Positions 27,596 through 34,183 of a stretch of 64,000 nt of DNA are shown one piece after another. How positions within the stretch are numbered: the stretch's first letter is position 1; the number at the start of each line of letters is the position of its first letter. Source of the DNA: Escherichia coli phage vB_EcoM_Shy; the sequence record MT833282.1; one strand, given 5' to 3'. A program made the translations under genes and the position numbers. A model generated the notes under the pieces. That model saw only the letters and a program-made list of their open reading frames with translations, did not search any database and had not been told where the DNA came from.

Positions 27596-27683
27596 GTGTC
27601 GTTATCCCGTAGATGGTAGCGGTGGGGACTGTAAATCCCTTGTCATTGAGACTCGGTAGGTTCGACTCCTACACGGCACACCA
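27596..27683 (+). tRNA. tRNA-Tyr (anticodon GUA), long variable arm
   Basis: acceptor GTGTCGT/ACGGCAC, anticodon loop CTGTAAA, 88 nt with extended variable arm, T-loop TTCGACT. Confidence 0.65.
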
Positions 27684-27689
27684 AATAAA

Positions 27690-27767
27690 GGTTATGTAGT
27701 TTAATCTGGTTAAAATACTCCCCTGTCACGGGAGATGATGAGGGTTCAAATCCCTTCGTAACCGCCA
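27690..27767 (+). tRNA. tRNA-Asp (anticodon GUC)
   Basis: acceptor GGTTATG/CGTAACC, anticodon stem-loop CTCCC-CTGTCAC-GGGAG, T-loop TTCAAAT. Confidence 0.7.
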
Positions 27768-27853
27768 AATTATAATAAGTATTTCAAAATGATGTTTGAG
27801 AGGGCTATTTAGCCCCTCCCTTAAAGAGTTCTTACGAGTATTCTTTAAAGGAG

Positions 27854-27926
27854 CAGAAGACCAAATTCAGCAAGAACGTATGAAATTTCAAGCCAATTTA
27901 ATTTTGAAAATTTAAACTTGGTCTGG
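27854..27926 (+). ncRNA. structured spacer element C (same family)
   Basis: CAGAAGACCAAATTCAGCAA ... CTTGGTCTGG, 7-bp helix AGACCAA/TTGGTCT. Confidence 0.45.
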
Positions 27927-27939
27927 CTCAACAAATTTA

Positions 27940-28071
27940 CAGAAGACCGTTTACAGCAAAACTTAAACAATCTATTTCTCCGGTAAAGAAAAGGCGAAGG
28001 TTCGATTCCTTCACTCGGCAGATGTCGAGTTGGTGTAATGGTAGCACTTAAGATGATAAACAATGGTCTGG
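27940..28071 (+). ncRNA. structured element D with circularly permuted tRNA-like domain (Y-RNA-like candidate)
   Basis: 5' CAGAAGACCGTTTACAGCAA and 3' CAATGGTCTGG helix enclose T-arm (GAAGG-TTCGATT-CCTTC, 27996-28012), closed acceptor-like hairpin (ACTCGGC-AGAT-GTCGAGT, 28013-28030) and D-arm (GTGT-AATGGTA-GCAC, 28033-28047); order is T-arm, acceptor, D-arm. Confidence 0.5.
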
Positions 28072-28072
28072 T

Positions 28073-28209
28073 AATTATCTTTGTAGATAAGTTATTAAGC
28101 TTCCCTGTGAGTATGCGACCACAAAGGTGAAAGGGTAGATTCTAGATTTAACCCGAAAAGACACATCGCTACAGACCTTAAGCAAGTCTGGGTAGCTTAT
28201 CTACAAAGA
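28073..28209 (+). ncRNA. long hairpin element E (18-bp perfect inverted repeat enclosing about 100 nt)
   Basis: ATTATCTTTGTAGATAAG (28073-28090) is the exact reverse complement of CTTATCTACAAAGATAAT (28192-28209); interior contains CAGACC..GTCTGG hairpin. Confidence 0.45.
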
Positions 28210-28218
28210 TAATTTAAT

Positions 28219-28294
28219 GGAAGTGTAGCAGAATGGTGATGCGGCAGACTTTTAATCTGACAGGCGATGGGTTCGAATCCCTCCACTTCTACCA
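28219..28294 (+). tRNA. tRNA-Lys (anticodon UUU)
   Basis: acceptor GGAAGTG/CACTTCT, anticodon loop CTTTTAA, T-loop TTCGAAT with weak T-stem; CCA encoded. Confidence 0.6.
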
Positions 28295-28298
28295 ATAT

Positions 28299-28375
28299 GG
28301 TTCAGTCGCAGATAAGGTAATGCAGGGGTTTCATAAGCCCTATGAATGTGGGTTCGATTCCCATCTGAACCTCCA
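28299..28375 (+). tRNA. tRNA with anticodon CAU (Met or Ile-lysidine type)
   Basis: acceptor GGTTCAG/CTGAACC, anticodon loop TTCATAA, T-arm GTGGG-TTCGATT-CCCAT. Confidence 0.6.
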
Positions 28376-28376
28376 A

Positions 28377-28452
28377 GCTGGTATAGTTAAGAAGGTTATA
28401 ACACTCCCCTGATAAGGGAATATCGGTGGTTCGATTCCACCTACCAGTACCA
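28377..28452 (+). tRNA. tRNA-Ile (anticodon GAU)
   Basis: anticodon loop CTGATAA, T-arm GGTGG-TTCGATT-CCACC, acceptor GCTGGTA/TACCAGT. Confidence 0.65.
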
Positions 28453-28476
28453 ATCTCAATAAAGTTGTTGACATTA

Positions 28477-28505
28477 AGATGTGACCACTTTATAGTAACT
28501 AAAAT
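28477..28505 (+). promoter_or_regulatory. sigma70-like promoter TTGACA-17-TATAGT inside the tRNA array
   Basis: consensus -35 and good -10; downstream 280 nt has no tRNA and no credible ORF. Confidence 0.5.
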
Positions 28506-28787
28506 ACTTCATAATATGTATAATTCAAACACCAATACATGAGCGTTAGACGTAACACAATGTGGGGAAATTTGTTGTACATATTCTGAATAGTTTTCGT
28601 TGCGTAGCGTCTATTTTGCAAATTTAAAATAAATGCAAACGACAATGTTTTCTGGCAGTAGCTTGATAGGCTAAACACCAGTGAGGTCTTCCAATCCCTC
28701 ATCAAAGAATTTGGCGTACTCGCCCACGGTATGATTAATAAGGTGGGCATCTTTAAGGGCTTTCTAAGAGAGCCTTTAAAGATTAAT

Positions 28788-28864
28788 GCACCCTTAGTTC
28801 AATTGGATAGAGCAACGGTCTTCTAAATCGTTAGTTACAGGTTCGAATCCTGTAGGGTGTGCCA
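28788..28864 (+). tRNA. tRNA-Arg (anticodon UCU)
   Basis: anticodon stem-loop ACGGT-CTTCTAA-ATCGT, T-arm ACAGG-TTCGAAT-CCTGT, acceptor GCACCCT/AGGGTGT. Confidence 0.65.
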
Positions 28865-29006
28865 AATAGTTAGCAGATTGCTTAGACGACCTTATCGGGT
28901 CTCCGTGTAAGGAGGTGGTCTGTATCTCATGTTTTCCAGAACATGTAAATAATCTGAGAAGGGGCTTTACAGTGTTGCGAAAATACGGTAAGCTTCGAAT
29001 TATAGT

Positions 29007-29089
29007 GTGGGACGATGTTAAGACTCTAAGGCATGAGCAACGGCCTCCAAAACCGTTTCAAAGGGGTTCAACTCCTCCGTCCCATGCCA
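29007..29089 (+). tRNA. atypical tRNA-like gene, possibly tRNA-Trp (anticodon CCA)
   Basis: acceptor GTGGGAC/GTCCCAT and T-arm AGGGG-TTCAACT-CCTCC fold well; anticodon loop CTCCAAA; D region is enlarged (83 nt total) so the call is tentative. Confidence 0.4.
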
Positions 29090-29102
29090 AAGTCTTATTA
29101 GG

Positions 29103-29190
29103 GGTAGGTAGCGGCTAATGGTAGCCAAACTGTCTTGAAAACAGTTGCCACTGTAGAGATACGGTGAGGGTTCGACTCCTTTACTTACCG
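29103..29190 (+). tRNA. tRNA-Ser (anticodon UGA), long variable arm
   Basis: anticodon stem-loop ACTGT-CTTGAAA-ACAGT, long variable arm, T-loop TTCGACT, acceptor GGTAGGT/ACTTACC. Confidence 0.65.
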
Positions 29191-29348
29191 CCTAATAAGA
29201 TTTTACACCGTCCATGCTTGCTCGCATTTTCGGTTTATCCCTCGTGTATTGTCGTACACACTGATAAAGCACCTAGTAGGTGTCACGGAGAAGAGATAAT
29301 ATCAAGCTCTCCAAAGGTTCTAGTCACCGGATTAAACAAGACTATGCA

Positions 29349-29370
29349 AAGACCTATTTAGGTCTTTTTA
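29349..29370 (+). terminator. rho-independent terminator-like hairpin within the tRNA array
   Basis: AAGACC-TATTTA-GGTCTT followed by TTTTT. Confidence 0.45.
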
Positions 29371-29448
29371 GAGGGCTTCTAAGGTTATTACAGCTTGTTG
29401 TGGAACCTTGTTGCTTAGGTTCTTAGAAGTTCTCTAAAAAGATTTAAT

Positions 29449-29526
29449 GGGAGATTGACGGTAATTGGTAAACCTACCATCCTTAGAAGTTGGTGTTTGA
29501 GGGTTCGAATCCCTTGTCTCCTACCA
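29449..29526 (+). tRNA. tRNA with Leu-type anticodon UAG, short variable arm (tentative Leu)
   Basis: acceptor GGGAGAT/GTCTCCT (two G-U pairs), anticodon loop CTTAGAA, T-arm GAGGG-TTCGAAT-CCCTT, A73, CCA encoded. Confidence 0.5.
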
Positions 29527-29533
29527 AATTAAT

Positions 29534-29609
29534 GCAGGTGTAGCAAAATGGTTATGCGGCTGACTCTTAATCAGTAAGACGATGGGTTCGAATCCCTCCA
29601 CCTGTACCA
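29534..29609 (+). tRNA. tRNA-Lys (anticodon CUU)
   Basis: paralogue of the 28219 tRNA; anticodon stem-loop CTGA-CTCTTAA-TCAG; same unusual T-stem. Confidence 0.6.
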
Positions 29610-29615
29610 AGCATT

Positions 29616-29692
29616 GGGGTCATAGTTTATATGGTTAAAATTCGAGTTTTGCAAACTTGGGAACTGAGTTCAATTCTCAGTGACTCCACCAA
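29616..29692 (+). tRNA. tRNA-Ala (anticodon UGC)
   Basis: acceptor GGGGTCA/TGACTCC with G3-U70, anticodon loop TTTGCAA, T-arm CTGAG-TTCAATT-CTCAG. Confidence 0.7.
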
Positions 29693-29698
29693 TTAGCG

Positions 29699-29773
29699 CA
29701 TCCATAGTTTAAACGGGAAAATTACAGTCTTCCAAACTGAGGTTGAGGGTTCGATTCCCTCTGGATGCTCCAA
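29699..29773 (+). tRNA. tRNA-Gly (anticodon UCC)
   Basis: acceptor GCATCCA/TGGATGC, anticodon loop CTTCCAA, T-arm GAGGG-TTCGATT-CCCTC. Confidence 0.7.
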
Positions 29774-29780
29774 ATTAATG

Positions 29781-29856
29781 CTCCTATCGTATAATTGGCT
29801 ATTACAGTTGCCTTGTAAGCAACTTATCAGGGTTCGAATCCTTGTGGGAGCACCAA
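29781..29856 (+). tRNA. tRNA-Thr (anticodon UGU)
   Basis: anticodon stem-loop GTTGC-CTTGTAA-GCAAC, T-loop TTCGAAT, acceptor GCTCCTA/TGGGAGC. Confidence 0.7.
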
Positions 29857-29951
29857 TTCAGAGGTCAAGTGAAAGACCGCTTTGAGTCAACTGAAGACCG
29901 TAACAAATTCCACGGAGTTGAGTTAGCGGCACAACTTCAGACCTCTTTCAT

Positions 29952-30026
29952 ACTCGCTTAGTTTATATGGTAAAACATCACCCTTACAAGATGAAGAAAA
30001 AGGTTCAAGTCCTTTAGTGAGTACCA
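29952..30026 (+). tRNA. tRNA-Val (anticodon UAC)
   Basis: anticodon loop CTTACAA, T-arm AAAGG-TTCAAGT-CCTTT, acceptor ACTCGCT/AGTGAGT. Confidence 0.6.
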
Positions 30027-30027
30027 T

Positions 30028-30105
30028 GTTCCAGTATCCCAATTGGCAGAGGATGCAAGCTCAAACCTTGTACTAGTGACGGTTCGAATCCGTCTTGGAA
30101 CACCA
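30028..30105 (+). tRNA. tRNA with Leu-type anticodon CAA, short variable arm (tentative Leu)
   Basis: acceptor GTTCCAG/TTGGAAC, anticodon stem-loop GCAAG-CTCAAAC-CTTGT, T-arm GACGG-TTCGAAT-CCGTC, A73. Confidence 0.5.
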
Positions 30106-30110
30106 ATTTT

Positions 30111-30186
30111 GCAGGATTAGTTCAAATGGATAGAGCAACAGTTTACGAAGCTGTTAATAGGGGTTCGAATCCCTTATCCTGCGCCA
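30111..30186 (+). tRNA. tRNA-Arg (anticodon ACG)
   Basis: acceptor GCAGGAT/ATCCTGC, anticodon stem-loop ACAGT-TTACGAA-GCTGT, T-loop TTCGAAT. Confidence 0.7.
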
Positions 30187-30205
30187 ATTTAAAGAGGCTA
30201 TTTAG

Positions 30206-30763
30206 ATGAGATATTTGAAGTATGCTTCATGGATTTTCTTAGCTTTGTTAGAGCCATTTGCAGCAATCTTAGCAGTTATCTTAGCACCTTTCGTAGTTCC
30301 ATTTTACAGTGAGAAGAAAGGACACTTACCTTTCGGATTTAGATGGATGGAGACATATGACAACCCTATTGATGGTGATGAAGGTCATATCGAACGATGG
30401 GCTAAGATTAGAAAGATTGGTAAGCTAGGTGTCTATATGCAGAGAGTCGGATGGCTCTGGAGAAACAAAGCTTATAACTTCTCCTACCATGTGTTAGGAA
30501 GAGATGTAAAAGATGTTACTAAGTGGAAAGGTAATATCAACGTAAGTTCTAACCCTAAAGATAATCAGACAGGTTATCTCCTAATGTGGAACAGTAATGC
30601 TTGGGGATTATTCGCTTTTATCCCATCAATTAAAGTCTTTGGTAAACAATTCTACTGGAGAATTTATGTTGGGTGGAAACTTAAAAGTGTTGTCCCAGAA
30701 GAAAGAGCATTCTCAAGGGAAAGAGTTATGTTGGCATTCTTTATTCATCCACTGAGAAAGTAA
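30206..30763 (+). CDS. membrane protein embedded in the tRNA array
   Basis: 185-aa ORF with AAAGAGG SD; N-terminal TM helix (WIFLALLEPFAAILAVILAPFVV), aromatic-rich. Confidence 0.5.
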   Translation: MRYLKYASWIFLALLEPFAAILAVILAPFVVPFYSEKKGHLPFGFRWMETYDNPIDGDEGHIERWAKIRKIGKLGVYMQRVGWLWRNKAYNFSYHVLGRDVKDVTKWKGNINVSSNPKDNQTGYLLMWNSNAWGLFAFIPSIKVFGKQFYWRIYVGWKLKSVVPEERAFSRERVMLAFFIHPLRK

Positions 30764-30771
30764 AGATTTAA

Positions 30772-30847
30772 AGGGGATTAGTTTACAAGGTTAAAACCTC
30801 GGTCTTTGAAATCGAAGAAGTTGGTTCAATTCCAACATCCCCCGCCA
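30772..30847 (+). tRNA. tRNA-Gln (anticodon UUG)
   Basis: anticodon stem-loop TCGGT-CTTTGAA-ATCGA, T-arm GTTGG-TTCAATT-CCAAC. Confidence 0.6.
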
Positions 30848-30849
30848 AT

Positions 30850-30926
30850 GCTCCATTACTCCAATTGGCAGAGGCCAGACTTAAAATCTGTGTTATGTAT
30901 CGGTTCGAATCCGATATGGAGTACCA
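30850..30926 (+). tRNA. tRNA with Leu-type anticodon UAA, short variable arm (tentative Leu)
   Basis: anticodon loop CTTAAAA, T-arm ATCGG-TTCGAAT-CCGAT, acceptor GCTCCAT/ATGGAGT, A73. Confidence 0.5.
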
Positions 30927-30931
30927 AATTT

Positions 30932-31007
30932 AGCGGTATAGCATAACTGGCAATGCAGCAGTCTCTGAAGCTGTCTTATTAAGGTTCAAATCCTTATGCC
31001 GCTGCCA
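30932..31007 (+). tRNA. tRNA-Gln (anticodon CUG)
   Basis: anticodon stem-loop GCAGT-CTCTGAA-GCTGT, T-loop TTCAAAT, acceptor AGCGGTA/TGCCGCT. Confidence 0.55.
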
Positions 31008-31038
31008 CTTCTAAGGATTCTTACGAGAGTCCTTAAAT

Positions 31039-31114
31039 GTGGCCTTATCATAAACGGTAATGACCCATGCTGTGAACATGGTCTATACGGGTTCAAATCC
31101 CGTAGGTCACCCCA
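31039..31114 (+). tRNA. tRNA-His (anticodon GUG)
   Basis: anticodon stem-loop CCATG-CTGTGAA-CATGG, T-arm ACGGG-TTCAAAT-CCCGT, acceptor GTGGCCT/AGGTCAC. Confidence 0.7.
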
Positions 31115-31119
31115 ATTTA

Positions 31120-31194
31120 TAGTCCAAGTAGCTTATATGGTTAAAGCGCGTGTCTGAAAAACATGAGAAGAGGGTTCAAATCCCACTGGACTAC
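31120..31194 (+). tRNA. tRNA-Phe (anticodon GAA)
   Basis: acceptor TAGTCCA/TGGACTA, anticodon loop CTGAAAA, T-loop TTCAAAT. Confidence 0.6.
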
Positions 31195-31212
31195 CAATTT
31201 CAAAGGTGCTTA

Positions 31213-31947
31213 ATGAAAGAGATGACAGAACAAGGTAAGGAGATTTTTAGTCTCTTAAAAACCGGTAGAGGGTTTTCTAATCCCCTTATTACTGGTGCAG
31301 CAGTTCTCGGTGGAACCGTAGCTGCCTCTACATCACTTGTAAGCTCTATTAGCTCTGTAACAGACCCTACAATAAAGGATAAACTTGTTGCTGCTGGACT
31401 TACAACAGTTCTGCTTAACAGCTTTACAACGAGTCTGACAAGCACTACATCGACTACTAAAACGCTGACAGATTATGGTCAAAAGTCTATTGATGAGTTT
31501 TCATCACGTATGCAGGTAGCAAAAGGATATTCCAATGTTATGGGTGCAGCAGGAGAACAAGTCGGTTGTACGCCATTTAGTGGTATTATGGGCGTTGCTA
31601 CAGAGTATGGTCAAAAAGCTATTGATACGATTAACAGTGCATTAGACGGTGTTAATGATGTATTAAGTGACTTACAAGACGCTATTGACAAAGGTCTTGA
31701 TACTATTTCTGATTTAGCTAACCAAGCTGTTAGTAAGATTAATGAAGGTATCTCGAAGATTACAGCTTATGCAGATGAAGTTGTGCAGATGATTGAAGAA
31801 GAAGCTGCCCTTATTGCAGAGTACCTTAAAACGAATATCAATGGGTTCTTAGCAGGTATCTTACCAGACTGGTTTGATGATGCTTGTAAAACTGGTGTAA
31901 TTGATACTATTGCAACACCAGAAATGAAGAACGCATTACAGAAATAA
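31213..31947 (+). CDS. hypothetical Ser/Thr-rich protein
   Basis: start re-assigned to ATG 31213 (the track start at 31150 lies inside tRNA-Phe); low-complexity S/T-rich centre; stop 1 nt before tRNA-Ser. Confidence 0.5.
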   Translation: MKEMTEQGKEIFSLLKTGRGFSNPLITGAAVLGGTVAASTSLVSSISSVTDPTIKDKLVAAGLTTVLLNSFTTSLTSTTSTTKTLTDYGQKSIDEFSSRMQVAKGYSNVMGAAGEQVGCTPFSGIMGVATEYGQKAIDTINSALDGVNDVLSDLQDAIDKGLDTISDLANQAVSKINEGISKITAYADEVVQMIEEEAALIAEYLKTNINGFLAGILPDWFDDACKTGVIDTIATPEMKNALQK

Positions 31948-31948
31948 T

Positions 31949-32041
31949 GGAAGATTAACCCTAAAAGGTAAGGGAGCAGTTTGCTAAACTGCCAGTAGCT
32001 GAGAAATCGGTGTACCAGTTCAAGTCTGGTATCTTCCTCCA
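31949..32041 (+). tRNA. tRNA-Ser (anticodon GCU), long variable arm
   Basis: acceptor GGAAGAT/ATCTTCC, anticodon stem-loop GCAGT-TTGCTAA-ACTGC, long variable arm, T-arm ACCAG-TTCAAGT-CTGGT. Confidence 0.75.
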
Positions 32042-32045
32042 ATTT

Positions 32046-32121
32046 GAATCCGTGACAGAAATGGCTATGTACCTGTCTGCAAAACAGGTTTATAAGGGTT
32101 CGAGTCCCTTCGGATTCTCCA
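32046..32121 (+). tRNA. tRNA-Cys (anticodon GCA)
   Basis: acceptor GAATCCG/CGGATTC, anticodon stem-loop CCTGT-CTGCAAA-ACAGG, T-arm AAGGG-TTCGAGT-CCCTT. Confidence 0.75.
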
Positions 32122-32158
32122 AGTTATTTTACTCTCTCTCAATTAAAATAATAATAAT

Positions 32159-32218
32159 GCCCTGCTATAAGTATTCTTCCTTTCGCTACCGAAGAGTATT
32201 TTTAGACAGGGCTTTTTT
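32159..32218 (+). terminator. rho-independent terminator after the tRNA array
   Basis: GC-rich stem GCCCTG...CAGGGC with nested hairpin, followed by TTTTTT. Confidence 0.65.
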
Positions 32219-32283
32219 ACAGAGTTATACTTTATAAGAAGACTTATACAGTATGTCTCTGACGTACATTGTGGTTTCTCCTT

Positions 32284-32307
32284 GACGGTCTCTGTACCGT
32301 CTTTTTT
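32284..32307 (+). terminator. second tandem terminator
   Basis: GACGG-TCTCTGTA-CCGTC followed by TTTTTT. Confidence 0.6.
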
Positions 32308-32343
32308 AAGGAGAAACATGGTTAATTATTTGGAGAAAACATA

Positions 32344-32544
32344 ATGAGCGAGACCGTTTATAAAGAACTTTATGAAGCTAATAAGAAGCTAGAATTTATG
32401 CAGAATACTATCATGGCAATTGCAGATAGATTGTCTGTAGCAACAGGTATTGATATCAAAGAAGCCTCTATGGATGCACTTCTTGATGCTGTTGATGCAA
32501 AGTTCGAAGTTAAGAAAGAAGAGACTGCTACAGACTCTGAATAA
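32344..32544 (+). CDS. small acidic protein upstream of large terminase (possible small terminase subunit)
   Basis: 66-aa ORF immediately before TerL; assignment by position only. Confidence 0.3.
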   Translation: MSETVYKELYEANKKLEFMQNTIMAIADRLSVATGIDIKEASMDALLDAVDAKFEVKKEETATDSE

Positions 32545-32565
32545 TTCTATTTGCGGAGGTGCTTA

Positions 32566-34167
32566 ATGGACTTAAATGCTGTTAAGCAGAAGCGAGTGGA
32601 AGATGTTAGGAAAGTCCTAGCTGGAGAGTTGGGGCTTTCTGATGAAGTAAAAGAAATTATCAAATCATTCGGTAAAGACCCCTCTAAATTCCTTCCAACT
32701 CAAATTCTGACTTTATTAAGATACACACCAGACCAAGTTAGACTTATCTTCAAATTGATGACTGATAAGAACTATGTAGCCCCTCAGCCGGGTTCTCAAG
32801 AGGTCTTTTTAAATACTAATGCTGACTTGGTTCTCTATGGTGGTGCTGCTGGTGCTGGTAAAACTGCTGCATTGTTAATGGACTCTTTAAGATTTATTGA
32901 AGACCCTAACTATAACGCTGTATATTTCCGTAGAAATACAACACAGTTACAAGGTGGTTTATGGCCTGCTGCAAAGAAACTATTTGGTAAGTTTGGTGGG
33001 GTTCCTCACGAGCAGAAGATGACTATCACATTCCCTTCTGGGGCAACTATCAAGTTCACCTACCTAGAACTTGAAAAGCACGCTGAAGGTCATCAGGGTA
33101 TTGAATACTCAGCTATCTACTTTGATGAAGGTACACACTTCTCTGCTTCACAGATTTCATACCTACAGACCCGTCTACGTTCTGGTGCTGAAGGTGACTC
33201 ATACATGAAGATTTCTATGAACCCAGATAGAGACCACTTCATTTATGATTGGGTAGAACCCTTCTTAGATGAAGAAGGTTACCCAGACCCTGAGAAGTGC
33301 GGTCGTATTCGTTGGTATGTTATGAATGATGGTGTGATGGTTTCTGATTGGGAAAGAGACAAGATTCTTGAAATGTTCCCTCTTGAGATTCCTCAGACAT
33401 ACACCTTCATCTCTGGTACGATTGATGATAACCCAATTCTTGACTTCTTAGAACCTAAATATCGTGGTAAGTTGGAAAACAACACACCTGTAAACGTTGC
33501 AAGACTTCGTTTCGGTAACTGGAAGGCTCGTGCAGAAGGTTCAAACTATTGGCAAAGACAATGGTGTGAGATTGTTGATTCACTCCCAGAAGATGTGTTT
33601 GATGTCAGAGCATGGGACTTAGCAGCAACTTTACCATCTGAGATTAACCCTAATCCAGACTGGACAGCGGGTGTTAAGATGGGTAAATCTAAAAAAGACG
33701 GTTGCTATTATATCATTGATGTAGTAAGATTTAGAGATAGACCCTCTGGAGTCGAAACACAAATTAATTTGACTGCTGAAAGTGACGGTAAGCGAACTGG
33801 TATTTTTATCCCTCAAGACCCAGGCGCTGCTGGTAAATCCTATGCAACATCCCTCATCAGGAAACTTGCCGAGAAAGGTTATCGCGCAAGAGCTAAACCA
33901 ACAAATAAAGATAAAGTTACCCGCTTTGCGGGATTTTCTGCTGCTTCTGAAGCTGGACTTGTAAAAGTCTTGAGAGGTAGCTGGAACGAAGCTTACTTCC
34001 AAGAACTTGAAGGTTTTTGTGGTGATGGCAAAACTAAAGATGACCAAGTGGATGCTACCAGTGATGCTTTCAACAGTCTTAATGAAGTTAAATTATTCAA
34101 GCCACCATCAATGGGTGCTCACACAGACTTAGTGAGAGGAAACCCATACGAGGGGCTTAGACGTTGA
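32566..34167 (+). CDS. terL: terminase large subunit
   Basis: Walker A VLYGGAAGAGKTAALL and Walker B-like IYFDEGTHF; start set to ATG 32566 after GGAGG SD (the track start 32551 is TTG). Confidence 0.9.
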   Translation: MDLNAVKQKRVEDVRKVLAGELGLSDEVKEIIKSFGKDPSKFLPTQILTLLRYTPDQVRLIFKLMTDKNYVAPQPGSQEVFLNTNADLVLYGGAAGAGKTAALLMDSLRFIEDPNYNAVYFRRNTTQLQGGLWPAAKKLFGKFGGVPHEQKMTITFPSGATIKFTYLELEKHAEGHQGIEYSAIYFDEGTHFSASQISYLQTRLRSGAEGDSYMKISMNPDRDHFIYDWVEPFLDEEGYPDPEKCGRIRWYVMNDGVMVSDWERDKILEMFPLEIPQTYTFISGTIDDNPILDFLEPKYRGKLENNTPVNVARLRFGNWKARAEGSNYWQRQWCEIVDSLPEDVFDVRAWDLAATLPSEINPNPDWTAGVKMGKSKKDGCYYIIDVVRFRDRPSGVETQINLTAESDGKRTGIFIPQDPGAAGKSYATSLIRKLAEKGYRARAKPTNKDKVTRFAGFSAASEAGLVKVLRGSWNEAYFQELEGFCGDGKTKDDQVDATSDAFNSLNEVKLFKPPSMGAHTDLVRGNPYEGLRR

Positions 34168-34183
34168 TAGCTAGGTGAGAAGA

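Noticed and set aside
27975-28030. A conventional tRNA gene at the permuted T-arm/acceptor/D-arm module
   Set aside because: No sequence upstream can pair as a 5' acceptor strand, and the acceptor-like stem is closed by a loop, so it cannot fold as a standard cloverleaf; reported instead as a tRNA-like domain of a larger element.
27120-29361. Track ORFs overlapping the tRNA array (27120-27371 -, 27286-27525 -, 27845-28063 -, 28499-28750 -, 28915-29118 +, 29164-29361 +)
   Set aside because: Each overlaps one or more well-folding tRNAs or structured elements, lacks a ribosome-binding site and has odd composition; most likely chance reading frames.
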